Source: Pseudomonadota bacterium (GTDB lineage Bacteria > Desulfobacterota > JADFVX01). Taken from it: a stretch of DNA of 46,076 nucleotides. Every line of letters starts with the position of its first letter. Position 1 is the stretch's first letter. Below, one piece after another: positions 17,588 through 27,164 of this stretch. Location: the NCBI GenBank assembly GCA_015222555.1, contig JADFVM010000320.1, positions 1-46,076 on the forward strand. The letters run 5' to 3'. The notes beneath the pieces were generated by a model. It was not told where the DNA came from, did no database searches, and saw only the letters and a list, made by a program, of their open reading frames with translations. The position numbers were made by a program, and so were the translations under genes.

Positions 17588-18394
17588 ATGTATGAAGAAT
17601 ATTATGGCCTGAAGTCTCGTCCTTTCAGCAAAACACCGGATCCAAAATTTCTTTTTATGAGTAAGGAGCACAATGAGGCCCTTGCCCGATTGCAATATGG
17701 TGTTGAAGAAAGAGAACTTGTTTTAATGACTGGGGAAATTGGTACAGGAAAGACGACACTTTCCAGAGCGCTAATAGATACCTTAGATGAAAATTTTAAA
17801 CCCATTCTCATTATCAATCCCAGACTCAGTCCTACACAGTTCCTCAAACTTCTCGCAAAGAGGCTTGGAATAGAAAAACCAAGTTATTTTAAGGCTGATC
17901 TTGTTGAAGAAGTGAGTGAAGCGCTCTACTCTCATTACGAAAAAGGGATATGTCCCGTTATTATCATCGATGAAGCTCAACTGATTCCCGGCAAGGGAAC
18001 CTTTGATGAGATCAGGCTGTTGACTAACTGTCAGCTCGATGATCAGAGCCTGTTTTCCCTCATTTTGATCGGCCAGCCTGAACTGAGAAAAAGGCTTGCG
18101 AAAAAGCATTATGAGCCTCTTTTGCAAAGGGTAAGCATTCATTATCATTTAAAGCAACTTGATTTTGATGAAACATGCAGTTACATAAAACACCGTCTTA
18201 GTGTGGCGGGTACTGATGACGAAATATTTACGGAAGAGGCACTTGAAGAAATATTCAAATATTCTGAAGGCGTCCCCAGAAAAATCAATAATCTTGCTGC
18301 AAATTCGCTTCTGGAGGGATTTGGAAAGGAAGTGAGCCCCATAGGCCGGGATGTTGTTTTTGATGTAGCACAAGACATGTATCTAGTTGATTAG
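17588..18394 (+). CDS. ExeA/GspA/MshM-like AAA ATPase (short form, no TM or peptidoglycan-binding domain)
   Basis: YYGLKSRPFSKTPDPKFLFMSKEHNEALARLQYGV is the typical ExeA N-terminus. Walker A is GEIGTGKT and Walker B VIIIDEAQ. GQPELRKRL and the RV...L block are also present. It sits 6 nt after cheA and 9 nt before cheW. Confidence 0.85.
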   Translation: MYEEYYGLKSRPFSKTPDPKFLFMSKEHNEALARLQYGVEERELVLMTGEIGTGKTTLSRALIDTLDENFKPILIINPRLSPTQFLKLLAKRLGIEKPSYFKADLVEEVSEALYSHYEKGICPVIIIDEAQLIPGKGTFDEIRLLTNCQLDDQSLFSLILIGQPELRKRLAKKHYEPLLQRVSIHYHLKQLDFDETCSYIKHRLSVAGTDDEIFTEEALEEIFKYSEGVPRKINNLAANSLLEGFGKEVSPIGRDVVFDVAQDMYLVD

Positions 18395-18403
18395 GAGCTG
18401 AAA

Positions 18404-19186
18404 TTGGATCTCGTTGAAATAAGGAAAAAGGCCAAAGCGCTTAAAGATAATAAAGCCAAAGACGGTTCGAAGGCTAAGGAGAAAAAAAGTGCCAGGAAGA
18501 CCGTCGAGGAAAAGGTGGAAGAAAAGCCGCTTGCCTTCGATTTGACAGAGACTGATGCAAATGAAATAGAAAAGCTTGAGGGCATTGAAGAGACAGCTTT
18601 TGCAGATGACTCCGTACCTACAGATGAGATCGTCGAAGATCAACTTGTAAACCCTGCAGAGGAAGAAGAACCTTCAGATTTTCTTACACGTGCTATGAAT
18701 GCCCTCTATGAGCAAAGTCTGGAGAAGGAGCAAAATGGCGCCCTTGAAGAGGAGGAGGATGACGAAAAACTGGAATATCTCTGCTTCATGCTTTCAGATG
18801 AAGAATATGCACTTGATATCAAGGAGCTAAGAGAGGTCATAAATGTAATAAAAGTTACTGAAGTCCCAAAGACGCCGTCCTATGTTATCGGCATTATTTC
18901 ATTACGGGGTAATGTTATACCTCTATTTGACTTGAGAATGAGATTGGGCCTTGAAGGTCGTCAATATGATTCGAAGACAAGGATTCTAGTTGTCTCAAAT
19001 AATGGCGCCAGCATGGGACTTGTCGTTGACAGGGTGACGGAGGTTGTAAAGCTAAGCAAAAGTGCATTGGAAGCACCACCGACCTTAATCAATACGGTTA
19101 ATGCAGATCTGTTGGAAGGTGTTGGAAGATATAATGACAGATTATTAATTATCCCAAACCTGACAAAGGTTTTAACGTTAAATTAA
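18404..19186 (+). CDS. cheW: CheW-domain coupling protein with a ~125-aa charged N-terminal extension
   Basis: The C-terminal 135 aa are CheW-like (EYLCFMLSDEEYALDIKELREV...IISLRGNVIPLFDLRMRLG...MGLVVDRVTEV). The N-terminus is K/E/D-rich low complexity. TTG start with an AGGAG RBS 7 nt upstream. Confidence 0.85.
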   Translation: MDLVEIRKKAKALKDNKAKDGSKAKEKKSARKTVEEKVEEKPLAFDLTETDANEIEKLEGIEETAFADDSVPTDEIVEDQLVNPAEEEEPSDFLTRAMNALYEQSLEKEQNGALEEEEDDEKLEYLCFMLSDEEYALDIKELREVINVIKVTEVPKTPSYVIGIISLRGNVIPLFDLRMRLGLEGRQYDSKTRILVVSNNGASMGLVVDRVTEVVKLSKSALEAPPTLINTVNADLLEGVGRYNDRLLIIPNLTKVLTLN

Positions 19187-19224
19187 TGATAAACATAGTA
19201 CTCTAACTTTGCGGATGTGAATTA

Positions 19225-19728
19225 ATGAGTGATGAAATTCTAAGTATTAGTGACGTCGCTGACAGCGAGGTTCAATTGGCAGTCTTTTTTATCGATGAGG
19301 AAAGATATGCAATCGACATTATGAAGATCAAAGAGATTGTTAAACCGATGAAAACGACTCCCCTCCCTGATGTGCCGGACTTTATTAAAGGTGTTATTAA
19401 TTTGAGAGGCGTGGTGCTTCCCGTTATTTCAATGCGAGAAAGATTTGGTCTGTCTCATGAGGAAACAGAAGAGTCCAGAATTATAATTATTGGTTTGAAA
19501 AAAATAACTGTTGGAATACTTGTAGATGCCATTGAGGAAGTCATTACTATCCCCTTGAAGGATGTGAAGCTGCCTCCTAAAATAGCCAAAGGCGTGGACT
19601 CTACATATTTGAAGGGTATCTGCAGACTGGGGGAGGACGTCCTTGTCCTTCTGGATTTGGATAAAATATTAACATCTGTCGAGAAGGTTATGGTCGATGA
19701 ATTGAAGAAAAAGGATTCTTACCGATGA
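19225..19728 (+). CDS. cheW: CheW coupling protein (canonical size)
   Basis: 167 aa with QLAVFFIDEERYAIDIMKIKEI, VINLRGVVLPVISMRERFG and VGILVDAIEEV. Confidence 0.9.
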   Translation: MSDEILSISDVADSEVQLAVFFIDEERYAIDIMKIKEIVKPMKTTPLPDVPDFIKGVINLRGVVLPVISMRERFGLSHEETEESRIIIIGLKKITVGILVDAIEEVITIPLKDVKLPPKIAKGVDSTYLKGICRLGEDVLVLLDLDKILTSVEKVMVDELKKKDSYR

Positions 19729-20005
19729 CATTTTTCACGGGCTGTTGCCCAAGCCTGTTTTGTGCTTACACAGGCTCAGCATGACAGGAAAATAACAATT
19801 ATTTAGTAACTTAGAAATAATATACTGCGATTTTTTGGTAGAATATTATTTTTTTGAAGGCACTTACACCCCTCAAGGGGGTACTGAAAATAGTCCGGTT
19901 CATCCGGGTCAGTATTAAAGAGTCACCTGTAGTCTGCTCTGAGTTTACCGAAGAGCAAGTCGAAGGGGGGATTTATTTGGGCAATATCCGTTTAATATAA
20001 ACACC

Positions 20006-20034
20006 TTGCCTTGTAAAAGGTTTTTGCTAATAAT
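20006..20034 (+). promoter_or_regulatory. Candidate sigma-70 promoter (TTGCCT-N17-AATAAT) for the mcp-to-cheB half of the cluster
   Basis: Pattern match only, with 4/6 at -35 and 5/6 at -10. It lies in the 353-nt gap inside the che cluster. Confidence 0.3.
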
Positions 20035-20081
20035 CAGCCTCGGAAAGCTATGGGGAAATGGAGTTGCATAGGAGGTTTCTC

Positions 20082-22172
20082 ATGTTCGGCTTAAAACTTA
20101 AAGCGCAGATAACGCTGGTTATGCTTGGTGTCATGTCCGCAATCGTTATACTGCTTTTCGTAATTCTTGAAAATAACTTTTCCAGGAATTACAATGAATT
20201 ATCTCAGGCAAAAGGCCGCATTATTGTCGACCTCCTGGAAAAAGAGATCGCAAGGTATTCCTCGGCGGGAACATCTCTGGCTCCCATGGCAGGCCTGAAT
20301 GAAGTATGTCAAGAAATGGTGAATCAATATGAAGACATAGGATATGCCCTCGTTACCGATGCAAAGGGGCAGATTCTCCATCATAATGTCCCTGCTGAAA
20401 TCGGTAATAACCGGGCCAGTGGGTGGATCAAAACGGTAACAGACAGATCAGGGAAGGGTGAACTAATTCAAAAAATGAGCATGTATGGAAGTAACTATTA
20501 CGACATAACAAGGCCACTAATAGGGACTGACAATAAGCTAATAGGTTATGCATCAATTGGTATGGATGCAACGGTAGTATCCGACAAGCTTAAAGACATC
20601 TTTCCCAATCTGCTGGTTATCATCATTGTTGCTCTTCTCCTGGTGGCTGTTGTGGTATTCTTTTTTTGGAGGAAAGTTGTTTGGCCTTTAGAAAAACTCA
20701 TAGAGAGAGTATCTGAGTTAGGAAAGGGTGATATAGATCTTTCCAAAGGATTAGACCTCACCTCACATGATGAAATCGGTGAGCTTGTAGATTGTTTGAA
20801 CATCTATACAAAAAATGTGCAAAGAAAGATTGCCAAATCCTGGGAATCGATCGATATTATCAATGAAATTTCCGGAAAAATTGTCGAGAATATGGAAAAG
20901 GTCAGTGTTGGCGTAGAACAGCAGTATTTAGCCGCAGAAAACACCTCTTCATCAATTGAAGAGATGAATTCCAGCCTTGGTGAAATTGCCGGAAACATAG
21001 AAAACCTTTCATCAACGACTGAAGAAGCCTCTTCATCAATTCTGGAAATGGCTGCATCAATCGTGGAAGTGGCAGGTATTGCAGAAAATGTTTCTGAATC
21101 TGTCGATGGCACGTCTTCATCAATAGAGGAAATGACAATTTCAATCAAAGAGATTGCATCCATTTCAGATGAACTCGCCTCTTCGTCCGATAGAACCATC
21201 GCCTCCATTGAACAAATTAACGCTTCCATCAACGAAGTAGACAGGTCTTCAAAGGCCTCTTCAGAAGTTGCCGAGGAAACGGCTGATCATGCCGAGAAAG
21301 GGATGGTTGCCGTCGAAAAAACGATAGAAGGGATGAATCAAATCAAATTTTCAATCGATGAGACGGTCGGCATCATTGAGACGCTTAAGGAAAAGTCTGA
21401 GAGCATTGGAGAGATACTCACTGTAATCGATGAAGTTGCAGAACAGACAAATCTTCTTGCACTGAATGCCGCTATCATTGCAGCTCAGGCGGGTGAACAT
21501 GGAAAAAGTTTTGCTGTCGTTGCCGAAGAAATTAAGGAGCTCTCCGAGCGCACCGCCATGTCTACAAAGGAAATCTCAACGTTAATACAATCTCTTCAGA
21601 ATGAGGCAGTTAATGCTGCCAAAGCAATGGATCAGGCTTCGGAAAATGCCGTAATCGGAGTTGAGCTATCACGGGAGTCAGGCGTCTCCCTGGAAAAAAT
21701 TCTCTGGAGTGCAAGTAAATCAAAGGACATGACGATACAAATAGCATCAGCCACGTTAGAACAGTCAAAGGGTAGCAGTCAGGTCAAGGAAGCGATGGAG
21801 AATGTTAATCATCTTATAATGAGAGTTGCAAAAGCAACACAGGAGCAATCTAAAGGGAGTGAGATGATCATTCAGGCAACAGAGTCAATGAAGGATGCTA
21901 CAGGTCACGTGAAGAGGGCAACTCAGGAACAATCCAAAGGAGGTAAGCAGATTACGCAGGCCATAGAAAATATCACCAACATGACTAATTTCGTAAATAA
22001 TGCAACTCGCGAACAGGCAACGGGTGTTGGTTATATCGTAGAGTCTGTTGAAAATATAAAAAAGCTTTCCGAAGATTATGGGACTGTTATTGATGAAATG
22101 AATAAAACTGTTAATTCACTGATCGCACAAACTGACCTTCTAAAGACCGAAATAAAGGAAAATAGATCTTAG
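20082..22172 (+). CDS. Methyl-accepting chemotaxis protein with a ~150-aa extracytoplasmic sensor region and HAMP domain
   Basis: TM1 is [18 protein letters not shown] and TM2 [20 protein letters not shown], followed by a HAMP-like [21 protein letters not shown]. The tip is [34 protein letters not shown]. The ATG at 20082 has a GGAGG RBS 6 nt upstream; the ORF-track start at 20058 is the alternative. Confidence 0.9.
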   Translation: MFGLKLKAQITLVMLGVMSAIVILLFVILENNFSRNYNELSQAKGRIIVDLLEKEIARYSSAGTSLAPMAGLNEVCQEMVNQYEDIGYALVTDAKGQILHHNVPAEIGNNRASGWIKTVTDRSGKGELIQKMSMYGSNYYDITRPLIGTDNKLIGYASIGMDATVVSDKLKDIFPNLLVIIIVALLLVAVVVFFFWRKVVWPLEKLIERVSELGKGDIDLSKGLDLTSHDEIGELVDCLNIYTKNVQRKIAKSWESIDIINEISGKIVENMEKVSVGVEQQYLAAENTSSSIEEMNSSLGEIAGNIENLSSTTEEASSSILEMAASIVEVAGIAENVSESVDGTSSSIEEMTISIKEIASISDELASSSDRTIASIEQINASINEVDRSSKASSEVAEETADHAEKGMVAVEKTIEGMNQIKFSIDETVGIIETLKEKSESIGEILTVIDEVAEQTNLLALNAAIIAAQAGEHGKSFAVVAEEIKELSERTAMSTKEISTLIQSLQNEAVNAAKAMDQASENAVIGVELSRESGVSLEKILWSASKSKDMTIQIASATLEQSKGSSQVKEAMENVNHLIMRVAKATQEQSKGSEMIIQATESMKDATGHVKRATQEQSKGGKQITQAIENITNMTNFVNNATREQATGVGYIVESVENIKKLSEDYGTVIDEMNKTVNSLIAQTDLLKTEIKENRS

Positions 22173-22218
22173 ATTAATGTCTTTGAACCTAAATATGAAA
22201 GAGAAAACCCTATAATTT

Positions 22219-23070
22219 ATGAAAATAACCTGTCCATCATGTAAGATGTCATTCAACGTAAGGGATGATAAGATTCCTGGTGATGAAAGTAAGTTAAGAT
22301 GTTTCAATTGTAAGGAAGTGTTTCTTCACAACAAAGGGAGTGAAGAAAAGCCTCTCATTTTGGTTGCTAATGAAAGTAGGGAGTTCTGTGAAACAGTAAC
22401 TGATCTTCTTGTAAAAAAGAACTATGAAGCTAAATTCGTTAATGACGGTGTTGATGCGCTCATGATGGTTCAGGAGATGCGTCCGGCCGTTGTTCTCCTT
22501 GATGTCGCTTTGCCAAGAATGTTTGGTTTTGAAGTATGTGAAACTATTCGAAATACAGAAGAGATAAGGGACACAAAAATTCTGTTGATTGCAGCTATCT
22601 ACGACCAAACGAGATATAAAAGAGCGCCTGTTACACTATACGGCGCTGATGACTATATAGAAAAACATCATATCCATGATCTCCTCATTAAAAAGATTGA
22701 AAATCTTCTATCGGAATCTCCAGTAGAAAAGGTCTTGCCCGAAGCTGTTCACAGCAAAGATCCCCTGGCCTCTAATTTGGATGGGGAGGCTCTGGCAAAG
22801 AAACTCGATGAAAGTTCCGCTGGATTTGAGGAAGAAGAACACGAGAAGGCTAAAAGGTTGGCCCGCATAATTGTGTCAGATATTGCGTTATATAATGAAC
22901 ACCTGCTTAATGAAGGTGTAGATAATAATTACCTTGAACTATTTAAAGAGGACTTAGAAGAAGGTAAACAATATTTCAGAGAGAGAGTGTCCCGGGAGAT
23001 TTGGGAGAAACGGGATTACATTATAGAGTTCTTTAATGATTTAATTGCAAAACATACAAAATCGAATTAA
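22219..23070 (+). CDS. MJ0042-type zinc-ribbon, atypical receiver, uncharacterised C-terminal helical domain
   Basis: The N-terminus MKITCPSCKMSFNV...LRCFNCKEVF provides two CxxC pairs. The REC-like core is LILVANESREF...VVLLDVALPRMFGFE...DDYIEKH. The C-terminus is AKRLARIIVSDIALYNEHLL. Confidence 0.7.
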   Translation: MKITCPSCKMSFNVRDDKIPGDESKLRCFNCKEVFLHNKGSEEKPLILVANESREFCETVTDLLVKKNYEAKFVNDGVDALMMVQEMRPAVVLLDVALPRMFGFEVCETIRNTEEIRDTKILLIAAIYDQTRYKRAPVTLYGADDYIEKHHIHDLLIKKIENLLSESPVEKVLPEAVHSKDPLASNLDGEALAKKLDESSAGFEEEEHEKAKRLARIIVSDIALYNEHLLNEGVDNNYLELFKEDLEEGKQYFRERVSREIWEKRDYIIEFFNDLIAKHTKSN

Positions 23071-23085
23071 CAGGACATTATCCAT

Positions 23086-25089
23086 ATGATTGATTTAGAA
23101 AAAATAAAATCGCTGATAGGGAATGCCGATGAAGATTTGCGTATTAAGGGGCTTAAATATCTGAAGGAAAGTCAGAACAGTTCAGCGCTTGAACTTCTAA
23201 CGAGCGCTCTGGGTGATGATAGCTGGAGAGTCCGGAAAACAGCCGTAGAAATAATGACTGATTATAGTGATGTAGAATCTCTTCTCCCCTACCTTCTTGA
23301 GTCTTTAAGGTGTGAAGACAATGCAGGTATGAGAAATTCTTCTGCTGAGGTATTAGAGATACTGGGCAGGAAATCAGCCAATTACCTGGTCCAGTTTGTT
23401 GACGATGAAGATCACGATCTCAGGAAGTTTGTTATAGACATCCTTGGAAATATAGGGGATAAAATCGCCACGCCTTATCTTATAAAGGCCCTTTCAGATG
23501 ATGACGAAAATGTAAAGTCATCAGCCGCAGAAAGCCTTGGAAAAATAGGTGACGATAAAGCAGTGAACTCGCTCATTGATTCGTTGGCAAATAATGACCT
23601 TTTATTGCAATTCTCTGCTCTTGAAGCCCTCTGCAAAGCAGGCAAAGGTCTTCCTGTTTCAAAAATAGCTATTCATCTGAATAATCCCCTCTTAAAAAAA
23701 GCAGCCTATGACGTCCTTGGTGTGTCTAATGATATTGAAGCTCTGCCTTATCTTCTTAAAGGCCTGGAAGATCGATCTAAGGGTACGAGAAAGGCTGCCC
23801 TGAAGAATCTGGTAACACTGTTTGAAAGAATGACGGTCGATAAAAATGAAGCAAAGGCCATGCTTGAAGAGAAAAAAACAATCATTTCCGGAGTTGCTGC
23901 TTCCTTTCTTGAAAAGGAAGATGAAGAAACTGTTGCTGCCGCGATTAAACTGCTCGGCTGGATTAAACATAAACAGTCGATAAAGGAAATACTACCATGG
24001 TCTTCTTTTGAGACCCTGGCACCTCTCGTTACGGAGGTCATATCAGACATTGGCCTTGATGGTCAGGCAGAACTCATTGATGCCTATTTAAAAAGCGATG
24101 ATGTCTTAAGACCTTATATCTGTTCAATGTTGGGCGAAATAGGAGCTCAAAACGCTGTGGATCTCTTAATCGAAGCATTGAGGAATGATGTGGGACACAT
24201 CAGGCATTCAAGTGCTATTTCTCTTGGCAAACTCCGTGACCAAAGAGCAATTAAACCTCTTATGCCCTTATTTGAAGATGATTATGGGGATGTGCAGGAG
24301 GCGGCAGTGATAGCTTTTTCATATCTTGCAGGAGAACACAGAGATGCAGTCCTGGCTGTGCTGAAAAACTACATTAATTCTGAATCGTTCTCTATCCGGC
24401 GTAACTGTGTGAAGGTCCTGTCAAACCTGGGAAAAAAAGGAGATTTTAGCCTTGCTCTGACTGCTTTAAGAGATGAAGAAGGCTCCATAAGGAAGAATGC
24501 TGTTGAAGCCTTGGGTGCCTTGGGTGGCGATGAGGCTGTCAGTCCTCTTATCCTTTCACTTAGTGACGAGGAAAGAGATGTGAGGATAGCCGGCATCGAA
24601 TGCCTCGGTAAGATGAAGTGTAAAGAGAGTCTAAAACCGCTTTTAACCGGATTGTATGACGAGGATATCTGGGTAAAGAGCGCGGCAATCAGAGCCGTTG
24701 CTTCAATCGGTGAAGGGGATGTGGCAGATCAACTCACTCAATTACTTAATGATGGTGTTGGTCTCATTGTCATTGTTGCTCTTGAAGCTCTGGGTAAGCT
24801 GGCTCTTGATGAAACTGTTCCTGCAATGATGAATGCAATGGAAAATGAAGATAACGAAGTCGTTAAAGCTGCCGTGGAAAACATGTCATTTAGTGAAGAT
24901 GAAACATATCTCACTAAACTTATGTCCTTCATTGATCATAAAAACTGGGAAATTAGAGTGGCTGCAATAAAGGTTCTCTCTGAAAAAAACGTTAAAGGAT
25001 TAAAAGAGATGTTAAGCAAGAGGCTTGATCTTGAAGATGATGACCTTGTAATTTCTTCAATTAATGAAGCCCTTTCAAACTTAACTTAA
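23086..25089 (+). CDS. HEAT-repeat (PBS-lyase-like) protein
   Basis: 667 aa built from about 30-aa repeats of the type D(E/D)xxxVRxxAaxaLGxiGdxxAvxxLixaL (for example DDSWRVRKTAVEIM, DEDHDLRKFVIDILGNIGD, DDDENVKSSAAESLGKIGDDKAV, EEGSIRKNAVEALGALGGDEAV). Confidence 0.85.
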   Translation: MIDLEKIKSLIGNADEDLRIKGLKYLKESQNSSALELLTSALGDDSWRVRKTAVEIMTDYSDVESLLPYLLESLRCEDNAGMRNSSAEVLEILGRKSANYLVQFVDDEDHDLRKFVIDILGNIGDKIATPYLIKALSDDDENVKSSAAESLGKIGDDKAVNSLIDSLANNDLLLQFSALEALCKAGKGLPVSKIAIHLNNPLLKKAAYDVLGVSNDIEALPYLLKGLEDRSKGTRKAALKNLVTLFERMTVDKNEAKAMLEEKKTIISGVAASFLEKEDEETVAAAIKLLGWIKHKQSIKEILPWSSFETLAPLVTEVISDIGLDGQAELIDAYLKSDDVLRPYICSMLGEIGAQNAVDLLIEALRNDVGHIRHSSAISLGKLRDQRAIKPLMPLFEDDYGDVQEAAVIAFSYLAGEHRDAVLAVLKNYINSESFSIRRNCVKVLSNLGKKGDFSLALTALRDEEGSIRKNAVEALGALGGDEAVSPLILSLSDEERDVRIAGIECLGKMKCKESLKPLLTGLYDEDIWVKSAAIRAVASIGEGDVADQLTQLLNDGVGLIVIVALEALGKLALDETVPAMMNAMENEDNEVVKAAVENMSFSEDETYLTKLMSFIDHKNWEIRVAAIKVLSEKNVKGLKEMLSKRLDLEDDDLVISSINEALSNLT

Positions 25090-25124
25090 AATTATTATTT
25101 AATTTCACCTGTAAGAGGCTGTTC

Positions 25125-26006
25125 GTGCAAAATCCTGATCAAATTGTTGAGATGTCAGACGAGGAGTTCCGTGCAATACGGGACTATATTAACAACCAAT
25201 GTGGTTTATATTTTGATTTGCCTTCGAAGTATTTGCTTGAAAAAAGACTCTCCAGAAGGGTCCATGAACACCGCCTTTCAAGCTTTAAGGAATATCATTA
25301 TTATCTCCGATATGATAAAAACAGCGTCGATGAGTTAAACAAAATTACTGATATCCTCACAACAAATGAAACTTATTTCTACAGGGAGGCTTACCAGCTT
25401 CTGGCTTTCAAGGATGAGATTCTGCCTGAAATTCATGCGATAAAGAAGGACAAAAAGTTGACAATCTGGAGTGCCGGCTGCTCCACTGGCGAGGAGCCTT
25501 ATACTCTTGCCATGTTAATAATCTTATCAAACCTGTTCTCCGACTGGAGGGTAGAGGTTGTTGGCAGTGATATCTCACAGAGGGTGCTCCATGCGGCAAG
25601 GCGGGGTATTTATTCTGATTCCTCTTTTCGCACGATGCCGGAAGAATATAAAAATAGATTTTTTACTAAAGGTGACGATGGAAAGTTTCATGTTATTGAT
25701 GAAGTAAAGGAGATGGTTACCTTTGGGAAGGTCAATCTCCTTGACAGCAAGATGCTAAACCTGATTCCTAGTATTGATATCATATTTTGCAGAAATGTTA
25801 TTATATATTTTGATCTTGAGACTAAAAAGAAGGTTGTCGAAAACTTTTATGAGAAATTAAATGACGCTGGTTATTTGCTTTTAGGTCACTCAGAGTCATT
25901 GATGAGCATTTCAACGTCCTTCAAATTAAAGCATTTAAAAAATGATATGGTTTATCAAAAGCCTCTTATCGAAGACTCCTTAAAAGTCCTTAAAGGGGGC
26001 GATTAA
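25125..26006 (+). CDS. cheR: Chemotaxis protein methyltransferase CheR
   Basis: EFRAIRDYINNQCGLYF and TNETYFYRE are present. The SAM motif is IWSAGCSTGEEPYTLAM, and there are also IFCRNVIIYFD and GYLLLGHSES. GTG start with an AAGAGG RBS. Confidence 0.9.
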   Translation: MQNPDQIVEMSDEEFRAIRDYINNQCGLYFDLPSKYLLEKRLSRRVHEHRLSSFKEYHYYLRYDKNSVDELNKITDILTTNETYFYREAYQLLAFKDEILPEIHAIKKDKKLTIWSAGCSTGEEPYTLAMLIILSNLFSDWRVEVVGSDISQRVLHAARRGIYSDSSFRTMPEEYKNRFFTKGDDGKFHVIDEVKEMVTFGKVNLLDSKMLNLIPSIDIIFCRNVIIYFDLETKKKVVENFYEKLNDAGYLLLGHSESLMSISTSFKLKHLKNDMVYQKPLIEDSLKVLKGGD

Positions 26007-27062
26007 ATGGAAAAAACGAGAGTGCTCGTTATAGATGATTCAGCGTATAACAGAAGGGCATTGGCCGAGATGCTGGAAAAATCATCAGGGATTGAAGTTG
26101 TTGGAACTGCCCCTGATGGTGAACAGGGATTAAAAAAGGCCTTAATGCTTAAACCTGACGTCATTACTCTTGATCTTGAAATGCCGATCATGGATGGATT
26201 TACTTTTTTACGTTTGCTGATGGTAAAAATGCCTACACCCGTGATTGTGATCAGCGCAAGAGATCATGATGCCAACGTCTTTAAGGCCCTTGAGCTTGGT
26301 GCTGTTGACTTTTTGTCTAAACCGACAGCCAGAATTTCAAAGGAATTGATGAATATTGAAAATAACCTGATCTCGAAAGTTGAAGTCCTGTCGAATTTAA
26401 GCATGGATAATGTTACGAAGCGGATGGAAGGTCATGTAGATACTGCCCCCCCCCAAACCGACATTAAAGGTGAAAAAAAGAGAAAAGAAAAGTTTGAGGT
26501 CATGGCAATCGGCTCTTCGACAGGTGGGCCACCGGCCTTGCAGAGCCTCTTTACTTCCTTGCCTCCGGAATTTCCTCTTTCAATTGTCGTCTCTCAACAT
26601 ATGCCGCCAGGTTTTACCGGAGCCTTTTCTAACCGTCTCGATAGGCTTTTACCTTTCGATGTGAGTGAAGCTAAAAGTGGAGACAAAGTTGTCAAGGGAA
26701 GGATACTCATTGCACCCGGTGGTCACCATATGACATTTAAAAAAGTCAAGGGTGGAGTTGAAGTTGAGATCAGTGAACGAGACGGTAATGATATTTACGC
26801 ACCTTCTGTGGATAAGATGTTTACTTCTGTGGCCGAAATTTTTGAAGAAAGAGCCATAGGTGTTATTTTGACGGGTATGGGAAATGATGGTAAAAATGGT
26901 GTAAAGAAGATCAAAAGATCAAAGGGCTATATTATTGCCGAATCTGAAGAGACAGCAATTGTTTATGGTATGCCGAGAGAAGCGGTTAATGCCGGCGCTG
27001 TAGATAAAATTCTTCCCCTCAATGATATTGGTAGCCAGGTATGCAAGCTTAGTGACAACTGA
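26007..27062 (+). CDS. cheB: Chemotaxis response regulator protein-glutamate methylesterase CheB
   Basis: The REC has VIDDS, VITLDLEMPIMDG, VISA and FLSKP. The catalytic domain has AIGSSTGGPPAL, SQHMPPGFT, IAPGGHHM, PSVDKMF, LTGMGNDG and YGMPREA. Confidence 0.95.
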   Translation: MEKTRVLVIDDSAYNRRALAEMLEKSSGIEVVGTAPDGEQGLKKALMLKPDVITLDLEMPIMDGFTFLRLLMVKMPTPVIVISARDHDANVFKALELGAVDFLSKPTARISKELMNIENNLISKVEVLSNLSMDNVTKRMEGHVDTAPPQTDIKGEKKRKEKFEVMAIGSSTGGPPALQSLFTSLPPEFPLSIVVSQHMPPGFTGAFSNRLDRLLPFDVSEAKSGDKVVKGRILIAPGGHHMTFKKVKGGVEVEISERDGNDIYAPSVDKMFTSVAEIFEERAIGVILTGMGNDGKNGVKKIKRSKGYIIAESEETAIVYGMPREAVNAGAVDKILPLNDIGSQVCKLSDN

Positions 27063-27082
27063 GATTGTCTTTAATGGATAAG

Positions 27083-27111
27083 TTGACATATGCCATGAAA
27101 TATTGTATATT
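27083..27111 (+). promoter_or_regulatory. Candidate sigma-70 promoter (TTGACA-N17-TATATT) for the GAF-cheY pair
   Basis: Perfect -35, 17-nt spacer and a 5/6 match at -10, in the 102-nt gap after cheB. Confidence 0.55.
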
Positions 27112-27164
27112 CGCAAAAAAAAGCAATAGTTTGTTAAGGTAGGTATCAATATGGGAGCCTCGGA

